From: Nitrosopumilus sp.
Lineage (GTDB): Archaea > Thermoproteota > Nitrososphaeria > Nitrososphaerales > Nitrosopumilaceae
DNA: 64,000 bases
NCBI GenBank assembly: GCA_965249555.1
Contig: OZ252243.1
Location: 1,568,001 to 1,632,000, forward strand
Direction of reading: 5' to 3'
The stretch's first letter is position 1. Each line of letters starts with the position of its first letter. Under the pieces are notes generated by a model. That model was given only the letters and a program-made list of their open reading frames with translations, was not told where the DNA came from and did no database searches. Both the position numbers and the translations under genes were made by a program. This document shows positions 37,701-40,203 of this stretch, one piece after another.

Positions 37701-38090
37701 ATATCACTAACCCAGCAGGACAGACGTTACCAGGTCTGGGAGGACCAATATGGATACATATGGTCACAAAATGACTATGGCACCTGGTTGCAGATTACAA
37801 GACCAGATATACAACAAAGAAATGATCTGCCAACAAGCGTAATGACTAGAATTCATTCAAACTTTGCAAGCTTAGTAATTGATGAGCAGGATAGGGCAAC
37901 CTTAATCTTTGATAGTAAGGCAATTCAGGGAATTCTGGAAGAGTCATTCTCATATGATATGCCATTAAGACTGGACAGAGTATCAGATCCCGCATTGCTG
38001 GAATCACTATCCATACAAGAGATGCTGGCCCAGGAGATGCTGTGTGACTGTATGATATATGATGACTCTGATCTTAGCTGGAATGACTAG
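16713..38090 (+). CDS. Giant secreted surface/adhesin-like protein (~7100 aa; FN3, Big, DUF5011-like and unnamed modules)
   Basis: Uninterrupted 21.4-kb ORF. Signal peptide MHSFLCLAFASLLAVSLVLGSAEA from ATG 16761 (probable start). Same modules and same ~350-aa C-terminal domain as the first giant gene. Confidence 0.92.
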   Translation: MAWPHLSYNPPLQAVNMHSFLCLAFASLLAVSLVLGSAEAFPVIITPSTYVDGQTAIKPGSFNITVDDSLRLTATFVPRQAGDWRITSDVLDHIVPIVPIDGSVAQSQVDSGNPLEVNRQLSVGFSGHIVLSFKPSGASEFAKVASGLVLIHPNPPVLRVAGVTPTSITLEWDDVDGAISYTVWIDGNDSERTTDASITFDELDPGTEYRFISRSSAGLLTSVISAPLDVTTLAVTPLSATITYADDQTALAENIFAVILPFPGNEVNVWISPLETGTLRFESGNSGKNVPVVSGEDQTVTRPLLHGDDNIVISSDGTEVARISITTELDPDEPVYAEGQAAIREGSLRYELAGNGSINVHFVPTEAGNFVFRHGGSAASIFVTNLGAKVTIIFPVGHDYDDDVIVELDDVKAARMNVVTPPEDGVPIQAGSFVITDTINADALRVEFVPLKEGTFTVTAGDTSETVDVSAGDVSESTPKGTEITVGYEFDDNVILSFGGKDAARIHVTTGPTPLVPSAPSLRITGTTHDTVTLSWDAVHRADTYTLTRTLGSNPAVTVLSGIADLTFTDKNLAAETDYTYSLTAINSVGPSEPSEDTVTTDAAPTPPDTPTLVAGVTTHNTVSLSWNEPTDADRYILTRTAGTVITEIPVTGGTHTDDALKSGVQYTYSIRAVSAIGASADSNDVTVDTIKVPVLSTTPTYIDGQSAIDETFEITIVDDNTIAVSFDAKVDGEYYVVWGDSQTSPASIVGGNSANVEIIIDNYDGAIILFFDIDGDVDDEDQEIGSQEVARQVVPAVISPIKDGTLSVTDDADGIITVSLTPAFAGTFSVSTNSLESEKIPGVPDTQIDITLDVGHGFAEDVLVSFNNIIVAGIFVTTVPDAPALVLGPVTSTSITLSWNSVDNADSYTLTRIVADGDDVTVFSGDALTATDDNLSPDAEYRYAITATTPEGRTGAISAELAVDIGSAVESFGVIVDGDGASVSFTPLVPGDFTVGYGDDPDNDVPISVAPGKLSAKLTAIKVGYNFNGPVTLSLDNDIIGRILIVTEPPPTTLDATAVTDTSITLAWPSQPEVQEYRLYRNGALVVATGELSYTDTGLDSNTAYTYHIESHNDVSTTSDRSADLDVTTLIEPPRLVAGEITTTSVELTWDAVDGAHDYFLYRDGVDIASVTGTTHKVTELAAGTEYSFTAESRSIDSVTSPLSSPLSVRTVPDTPALRVTGTTFDTITLSWGPVNGAASYTLTRVVEGDDVTVFSGDALTATDENLSPATSYNYIITATTSGGTSAPSAEFAASTASAVPIITTSSQIVNTPSITIAGTAESGKTVELFQGETSAGTTTADGTGAFSFEVTLADGANSFTATASDGTDTSAPSSPVVITLDTEKPLITVLGSDETIELTAADTYAEPGATVEDNDPAYSEDVTVAGNTPDTSVIRVYTVTYNAPADAAGNEPDQQSIVITVSDTTPPTFDVDTNTDDYSTLVPFAGTYTQGIITNAFDISGIASGTVGGESVNVHVSAEYAVTYTVTDNNGQAATITETVTVEDDEEKPVITPLGSSETIIVSETDTYTEPGATVKDNDPTYAGTVTVAGDTPDTSVVGEYTVTYTAPPDAAGNIPDEKSIVISIVDPPTSPPATIRTLSVSSTTHDSITLSWDAVATAASYTVTRIVNGGANDVEVFSGDALTATDEGLAPETTYRYTITATNSAGSSTSLEFSLNTAAIPAAPAAPVLSVTSATDTTVSFSWGAVEGADSYTLTRVVADGSDVPVPTTPELTATDENLAPETSYNYIITATNAGGTTPSATFEATTSAPPAPATPVFSTVVSATHNSINLSWSAVAGADSYTLTRVAESGNNVRVFSGDALTFTNAGLDPDTAYNYIIMATNSAGTSEPSDPFTATTSTAPPTLVIHDTPTLVTGIITYNTVSLSWGESTGADSYILTRTAGTDTVEIPVTGGTTVSYTDDDVKPSTTYTYSIKAVSASGDSADSNDVIATTIPVPILSTTPTYAVDQSAIVGTSFEIIRIDDDTITVSFDAINDGEYYAQWGESETSPTTITGGNSASVQIPIGDYAGVVILFFEDNEVARQQVPAVTSPIKDGTLSVTDDADGIITVSLTPAFAGAFSVGTHSLDSEKILGVPDTTIVITLYVGHGFAENVFVSFNNIIVARVFVTTVPETPALVLGAVTDTSIALSWGSVDNADRYTLTRTADGTDVIIVSGNVLTFTDEGLAAGTNYVYAITATTPEGRTSATSADLAVTIGSAAQSFDVIADGDDASISFTPLVPGDFTIGYGDDSSNDIDVPIAAEDVGEPSTSTVQVGYNFNGPVTLSLDNDIIGRILIVTEPPPTTLDATAVTDTSITLAWSSQLDVHEYQLYRNGALVVATGELSYTDTGLAAATVYTYHIESHNDVSTTSDRSADLDVTTLIEPPRLVAGEITTTSVELTWDAVDGAHDYFLYRDGVDIASVTGTTHKVTELAAGTEYSFTAESRSIDSVTSPLSSPLSVRTVPDTPALRVTGTTFDTITLSWSPVNGAASYTLTRVVEGDDVTVFSGDALTATDENLSPATSYNYIITATTSGGTSAPSAEFAASTASAVPIITTSSQIVNTPSITIAGTTESGKTVELFQGETSAGTTTADGTGNFSFEVTLADGANSFTATASDGTDTSAPSSPVVITLDTIPPIITVDPLTVTLPAGSSQPDLLAGVSTDDNSPVTTTGTVNVNTPGDYTITYDSTDGTNAAVSATRTYAVTAMLEPFVTVVRNDDNSITVTWRDIETDDGTYFAVVENTNSDELVMVGTGLTGNSHTFSDANRLASLNEGDRIGISGSTDGSINLDTLTFVDTEKPVITVLGSSDTIDVSEINTYTVPDATVTDNDPAYFEEVAVSGDTPDTSVIGVYTVTYTAPADAAGNKPDPQSVVISVVDPSISIGITYTEGQTAIEEGSFSVLVDSVFTDKVFVRFEPKNKGTYTAILDGVTRTVLVTEFTIDNRADIPFDYEDSYIGNIVLSFDDKEVARQTVMTGPAPDTIAPPVPIITTSSETVGLFPIIIEGGSTESGATVELFNGGTSVGTTTADGSGNFSFTVVVLTEGANSFTATASDGPNTSEASPAVVITLDTEKPVITVLGSSETIKVSETNTYTERGATVDDNDPAYSGIITVTGNIPDTRVVGKYTVTYTAPADAAGNAPDQQSIIITVNDSGEDTTPPVIAVDPPTVTLPAGLPQPDLTAGVSTDDNSPVVTSGTVNTIRPGNYTVTYDSTDASGNDAVSAIRTYTVSAPEYALTSAPHADGDKVILTFTSSKSGDFTLERAGSSPVDFAIEEGRTAETITEAVGYDYAGDIIISIRYGAEVARVSVTTGPALIVTAVRSPDNAVTLTWSNILGADYAIYVVEGGVNVKFTDSASPYHITIPEELARVDDSEGNQIGVAGITDGVSGEITFTTVPPKTPALDFTSTGTGITLSWDAVNGADSYTVTRVTESGNADVPITGLTATDESLTAGTEYRYTITSTSGELTSHPSAQFAATTLAAPQTVPTYAPDQTAIKAGSFKVEISPTATLVTFLPLMPGDYTVTLTDLPPKTRTFTSGDTGEILSYVFNLENHLTGDIALSFDGVNVVTHTVTIGPPTLGTGDITDTSIRIEWDSVNDNADYALFRIADDNFGIELETTAKLTATDKNLAADTGYTYAVRAAVGATSVLSDRFDARTAVIPDDTPPVITANPRTVTLPAGSPQPDLLAGVTTDDGSPVTASGAVNTDTPRNYVIIYDSADASGNAADPVTRIYAVTIVLEPFVTVVRNDDNSITVIWRDIETSDGTYSVVFKNPNSSLAFLIRTGLTGNSHTFSDAASIASLNKADRIGVSDGAGGSINFDTLTYTDAEKPVITVLGSTQTIDLTATDTYAEPGATVDDNDPDYSEEVTVTGDTPDTSVIGEYTVLYNAPADVAGNIPDEKSIVITISDITPPTFDVDGNTDDYSTRIPFGGTYAPGKIANKSDISGIASGTVGGKSVNVHVSAEYAVTYTVTDNNGQAATITETVTVGNDEEKPVITVLGSSETIAVSETNTYTEPGATVTDNDPAYSGIVTVTGNAPDTRVIGEYTVLYNAPADAAGNIPEQKSIIITVNDSGEDTTPPVIAVDPPTVILQAGSAQPVLLEGVTTNDNFPVTTSGNVDIDTPDDYIITYDSTDASGNDAVSAIRTYTVSAPVETITGVPTYAAGQTAIEAGSFKVEIRPTFTLVTFNPLVSGDYTVTLADLPPQTKSFSSDDAGKILDYVFNLESHFAGDIALSFDGANVVTHTVTTGPPALRVGTVTDTSIRIEWDSVDDDADYTMLRITDDNLGIRLATTAKLTATDEHLTADTEYTYAVRATVGATSVLSDRFDARTDVPPDIEKPVITVLGSSEIIKVSETNTYVELGATVTDNDPAYTGIVTVSGDPNTSVAGEYTVTYTAPSDAAGNIPEQKSIVITVRDTIAPAVPAINPLPATVNTPSFTIEGTAEAGTTITLFNGATPAGTVIADGSGSFSFAGVELSEGANSFTATASDGVNTSGPSPAIVITLDTETPPVPAITTPSETVSSSSFTIEGTAEAGTTVELFNEGSTVDTITADGDGNFSFAGVALNPGANTFTVTASDGPNTSDASSPVVITLDTETPAVPIITTSPATVNTPSFTIEGTAEAGTTVELFKGVTPAGTTTADSGSFSFTVTLTKGENSFTVTASDGPNTSDASSPVVITLDTEKPVITVLGSTQRIELTATNTYTEPGATVKDNDPAYSEEVTVSGTPDTSVAGKYTVTYTAPADAAGNTPDEKSIVITVSDTTPPTFDVDGNTVDYATAVPFGGPYTPGVITNQSDISGTAPGIVGGDSINVNTSGEYVVTYTVTDNNGLFTTITETVTVESDVTAPAVPAITTSPATVGASPITIDGGSTEAGATIELFNGATSAGTVIADGSGNFSFPRTVLSEGANSFTATASDGPNTSDASSPVVITLDTIPPEAPAITTSPATVDTPSITIEGTAEAGTIVELFKGGTSTGDTVTADSGAFSFTVTLTEGANSFTATATDGPNTSDASPAIVITLDTIAPVITVDKDSFSVELGETYTAFTYSANDNTDGDITDNVVVGDTVDTSVDNTYTVTFDVDDAAGNHAVTVTRTVTVTPDATVPTITVNEDSLSVELGGTYELFTFTANDNTDGIITGEVAVAGYPADTDTAGTYDVTFDVDDAAGNHAVTVARTVTVTDTTAPVITPAGSTQTIELTQTNTYTEQGAIVTDNDPVYTGTVAVTGATPDTRVVKEYTVTYTAPADAAGNTPDEKSIVITVVDTTAPEAPEITTSPATVNTPSFTIEGTAEAGTTVELFNEGSTVDTITADGDGNFSFAGVALDEGENSFTVTASDGPNTSASSSPVLITLDTTAPEAPEITTSPATVNTPSITIEGTAEAGTTVELLKGGTSTGDTVTADSGSFSFAVTLTDGANSFTATASDGPNTSAASSPVVITLDTETPAVPIITTSPATVNTPSITIEGTAEAGTTVELFKGVTPAGTTTADSGSFSFTVTLTKGENSFTATASDGPNTSDASPAVVITLDTIPPEAPEITTSPATVGSSSFTIDGTAEAGSTVELFRGVTSVDTVTDDGDGNFSFTVTLTDGENSFTATASDGPNTSDASPAVLITLDTISPSITVNEDSISVELGETYTPFTFTAADNTDGDITDDVVVGDTVDTNAANTYTVTFDVDDAAGNPAVTVTRTVTVTDTTPPVITPTGSTQRIELTATDTYTEQGAAVTDNDPAYSGTVAVSGDTPDTSSIGVYTVLYDAPDDAANNTPDQQSIVITVSDTTPPTFDVDGNTVDYATTVPFGGPYTQGIITNQSDISGTAPGIVGGETVNVNTSGEYAVTYTVTDNNGLFTTITETVTVESDVTAPAVPAITTSPATVGASPITIDGGSTEAGATITLFNGATSAGTVIADGSGNFSFPRTVLSEGANSFTATASDGPNTSDASSPVLITLDTIAPAVPEITTSPATVNTSSFTIEGTAEAGTTVELFNEGSTVDTITADSGSFSFTVTLTEGANSFTATATDGPNTSDASSPVVITLDTEKPVITVLGSTRTSELTATDTYTEQGATVKDNDPDYSETATPSGNTPDTSVVGVYTVLYDAPPDAAGNTPDQKSIVISVVDTTPPTFDVDGHTGDYSTAVPFGGTYTPGVINNQSDISGTAPGTVGGETVNVNASGEYVVTYTVTDNNGLFATITETVTVESDVTPPIITVTPEEITLELNSPAPVLLDGVTTDDGSTITTSGNVDVTTVGDYTITYSSTDGTNPADDKTRIYKVTAAPDTTEPTELPAPPTLVAGTITETRIEITWDAVNGAKFYSLYRDGNLITTVLDSALGDNLSYTDDVLTSGTSYTYHATSTNDAGTSDNSEDLVAATTIASTENPSLDDTEKPVITPAGSNTTIELTAINTYNIPGATVTDNDPNYSETVTVSGDTPDTSVIGVYTVTYTAPADAAGNTPDEKSIVISVVDTTPPTFDVDGNTADYATAVPFGGPYTLGVIANQSDISGIVSSDVGGETVNVDTSGDYVVTYTVTDNNGLSTIITETVTVESDVTAPPVPAITTPPATVNTPSITIEGTAEVGTTVELFNEGSTVDTITADGDGNFSFAGVALDEGANSFTARASDGVNTSGPSPAIVITLDTTPPVITVDPLTVTLQADSLQPDSLQPDLLKGVSADDGSTVTTTGNVDVNTQGDYDITYDSVDASDNAAESVTRTYTVPAQSTDDTDSGDGGITSVTPGTEKPKKKGGDSNEWKTKPTFGKHWNNQAVQLVDNGFVFNGMPLTITNNWHTDFNMTNSIIGDNNTVHIKGYATNGLKSVSLSLGVPEVGLKTNAESHIIVNVNSNYTSPAGYDIADIVHEQKEVLVNEDMTSASIDKVKCTSSDTAERCFDVTISFVIMAPLSHEVLAINAVDKQRYSTTTYINEGVEFTGEALLAAATHELKQKHGNQNPFETISLTQQDRRYQVWEDQYGYIWSQNDYGTWLQITRPDIQQRNDLPTSVMTRIHSNFASLVIDEQDRATLIFDSKAIQGILEESFSYDMPLRLDRVSDPALLESLSIQEMLAQEMLCDCMIYDDSDLSWND
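19919..23958 (+). repeat. ~4-kb near-identical duplicate of window positions ~1-4040
   Basis: Direct DNA identity at an offset of ~19,918 (e.g. TTGGATGTAACTACGCTTATAGAGCC at 170 and 20088). About 1.1 kb of it recurs at ~23660-24742. Confidence 0.9.
37040..38090 (+). repeat. C-terminal domain shared with the first giant gene (14765-15811)
   Basis: KKKGGDSNEWKTKPTFGKHW...EMLCDC.IYDDSD.SWND* is nearly identical in both proteins. Confidence 0.92.
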
Positions 38091-38196
38091 TTGTTTACCT
38101 TCATGTCGTACTCATATCATCAATTGCTGCAAAAAAAGGGGCAATTCCGTAGGATATGGCTGATTCAAAAAGATTGAAACCAGCATATTACAAAGT

Positions 38197-38289
38197 ATGA
38201 ATAATTGTCAATGTTGTGGCGTTGATGTAAGTGATAGATCAAAGAGATACATTGATGATGAATTAGTTTGTGTGAATTGTTTTGGGTAA
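38197..38289 (+). CDS. Putative 30-aa zinc-finger micro-protein
   Basis: Manual translation: MNNCQCCGVDVSDRSKRYIDDELVCVNCFG*, with two CxxC motifs. Below the ORF-track cutoff. Confidence 0.55.
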   Translation: MNNCQCCGVDVSDRSKRYIDDELVCVNCFG

Positions 38290-38296
38290 ATATCTG

Positions 38297-39643
38297 TTAA
38301 ACGAGATTTGGCATAATCATTCTTTTTAATTTCTCCAAACTTTTTTGAGTGCCAATATCACGTCTATACTCCAATTTACCTTTAACATATGTGTCAATAG
38401 CATTGTTAATTTGTAATGAAGCATCCTCTATACTATCTGAAACAACACTAAATGCACAAACCCGTGATTTTTTTAAGGTTTCATATTGGTGTGAGCCTGT
38501 TTTGATACAAGAGGAAAAAAATATCTTTACACCAAGATCATTAACTGCTTCTTCATTAATAGTAAAAGAAATTACCTCATTGCTTTTTTCTGGGTATTCA
38601 GTTGCCACCAAATATTTAGTAACACTTGCTTTTTTAATAAAAGAGACAACATCTTCTGATAGTGTCTTATTCCAAATATGTATTAATAATTCAGAAAAAG
38701 AACCATCAAGAATACTGAGAATATTTAGTCCTTCGGGATCACCAAAGCGTCCATTAAACTCCATAAATTTTATGCCATGTTTAGTTTTAAAAAATCCACC
38801 ATTAAGAACACCATTAAAAAAGAGATTTTTTGATCTCATTTCATTAATAATCTTCTGCATTATTAATTTACAATCCTCCAAGTCTTTATCACTCATAAAG
38901 GGAAGTTTTTTTTCTGAACTAGTAAAACATCCCATACCGCCTGTTCCTGCCCCTGTATCATCTTCAAATCTAAAGGGATAGTCGTAACTTGCAGGAGATA
39001 ATACGAGATGTTCACCATCAGTAATTCCCATAATTGTAAATTCTATACCAACTAGTTTTTCTACCAACAGAACCTTTTCATTATTCTTGAGAAGACTAGA
39101 AGCATAATTAATACAATCCTTATACGTTGATAAATGCTCAGGCATTACCTTGACACCTTTACCCCCTGTAAGTCCTTGAGGTTTTACTACTACATCAAGA
39201 CCTCTTGATTCAAATTCAGATATAGCATCTTCTAACTCTTCGACTTTACAAATAATCTTGTAAAAAGGTGTAAATTCAGGACATATCTCTTGCATCATTT
39301 GAATTGAATAAATTTTATCCCATTCAATACGTGTAGCTTCTTTTGTTCCGCCAATAGCTTTGAAATTATTTTCTAATAAAATATCAATAACACCATTTGC
39401 TAGTGGTTGGTCAGCACTTACAAAAGTATAATCTATATTGTGTTCTTTTACAAACTTTAACACTATATGTGGATCATTAACATCACCTACCAAATACGTC
39501 CCGCCTGATTTTTTGACACAGTTTATGATGAGTGGGTTTTTGTGAGAAATAATTGCATACAATTGTGTGTCTTCTGAGAGCCGTAGGGCAAAAGCACTTT
39601 CACGTCCTCCACTTCCAATGACGAGAAATTTCTTTCTGTTCAT
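38297..39643 (-). CDS. purD: PurD-like (phosphoribosylamine-glycine ligase family) ATP-grasp ligase, divergent
   Basis: GSGGRE, VVVKPQGLTGGKGV, TGGMG, EFNGRFGDPE and YRRDIG motifs present. Several substrate motifs deviate from canonical PurD (see findings). Confidence 0.75.
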   Translation of the reverse strand: MNRKKFLVIGSGGRESAFALRLSEDTQLYAIISHKNPLIINCVKKSGGTYLVGDVNDPHIVLKFVKEHNIDYTFVSADQPLANGVIDILLENNFKAIGGTKEATRIEWDKIYSIQMMQEICPEFTPFYKIICKVEELEDAISEFESRGLDVVVKPQGLTGGKGVKVMPEHLSTYKDCINYASSLLKNNEKVLLVEKLVGIEFTIMGITDGEHLVLSPASYDYPFRFEDDTGAGTGGMGCFTSSEKKLPFMSDKDLEDCKLIMQKIINEMRSKNLFFNGVLNGGFFKTKHGIKFMEFNGRFGDPEGLNILSILDGSFSELLIHIWNKTLSEDVVSFIKKASVTKYLVATEYPEKSNEVISFTINEEAVNDLGVKIFFSSCIKTGSHQYETLKKSRVCAFSVVSDSIEDASLQINNAIDTYVKGKLEYRRDIGTQKSLEKLKRMIMPNLV

Positions 39644-39650
39644 ATCTTAA

Positions 39651-39803
39651 TTATTTTCTCTTTTTTCCATTTTTCCAATTGGTTCTATTAGTGCATTCCA
39701 CATTATTACAAACTTTAGGATTTTCATTTTTACTATACCAAATTGATTCACAAATTGCACATTTATGCTTCCAATAATTCCCTTCTACTTTTGTACTCAA
39801 CAT
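39651..39803 (-). CDS. Putative 50-aa zinc-ribbon protein immediately upstream of purD-like gene
   Basis: Manual translation: MLSTKVEGNYWKHKCAICESIWYSKNENPKVCNNVECTNRTNWKNGKKRK*. Pattern CxxC..W...PxxC....C....W with a basic tail. Stop codon lies 7 nt before the purD-like ATG. Confidence 0.7.
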   Translation of the reverse strand: MLSTKVEGNYWKHKCAICESIWYSKNENPKVCNNVECTNRTNWKNGKKRK

Positions 39804-39825
39804 AATTTTTTAGAAATTATGCTTT

Positions 39826-39877
39826 ATAAACTTTATATGTTTATACTTAAAATGTTTATATAAACATTATATGTTTA
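39826..39877. promoter_or_regulatory. Palindromic operator-like cluster in a divergent promoter region
   Basis: Two copies of ATAAAC(T/A)TTATATGTTTA (39826, 39860), each a TAAAC-N7-GTTTA dyad, plus a perfect 18-bp palindrome AATGTTTATATAAACATT (39851-39868). Confidence 0.6.
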
Positions 39878-39883
39878 ATAATT

Positions 39884-39973
39884 ATGCAAACAAAAGAATC
39901 AAGATTTGAGGAAATTTATGAAGATACACAAGCTTTGATTGTTCGAATGAATTTCTATTACAATATAGATTGA
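39884..39973 (+). CDS. Possible 29-aa ORF ending inside the first mini-array repeat
   Basis: MQTKESRFEEIYEDTQALIVRMNFYYNID*. No recognisable family; may be spurious. Confidence 0.25.
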   Translation: MQTKESRFEEIYEDTQALIVRMNFYYNID

Positions 39974-40117
39974 AACTTCTGATGGTACTAAACAATCTGA
40001 GTATTATCCAACTTCAAATGAATTTCTATTACAATAAAGATTAAAACCGTGTTAGCGGTAAATGTAATAGAGTAATTACATCTTCGAATGAATTTCTATT
40101 ACAATAAAGATTGAAAC
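39941..40117 (+). CRISPR. Mini CRISPR array: 3 x 36-bp repeats, 2 spacers (35 and 34 nt)
   Basis: Repeats GTTCGAATGAATTTCTATTACAATATAGATTGAAAC (39941), CTTCAAATGAATTTCTATTACAATAAAGATTAAAAC (40012) and CTTCGAATGAATTTCTATTACAATAAAGATTGAAAC (40082). Canonical ATTGAAAC 3' end and regular 70-71 bp period. Confidence 0.8.
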
Positions 40118-40203
40118 CCACTTTGGTGGAGTAAAAAAAACAAAAACCAAATGTTCTTGACTGATTATATTGATGGCTATTAGACATTTAAATAATGAAT
40201 TTT

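Noticed and set aside
1-38090. Diversity-generating retroelement acting on the giant genes
   Set aside because: No reverse transcriptase in the window, and differences between repeat copies are not adenine-specific.
38349-38981. 210-aa + strand ORF and similar ORFs opposite cas, IS and housekeeping genes
   Set aside because: Antisense shadows of well-supported genes.
40118-40148. CCAC-TTTG-GTGG hairpin plus A-run after the mini-array as a terminator
   Set aside because: The stem is only 4 bp and the T-run is on the minus strand; too weak to call.
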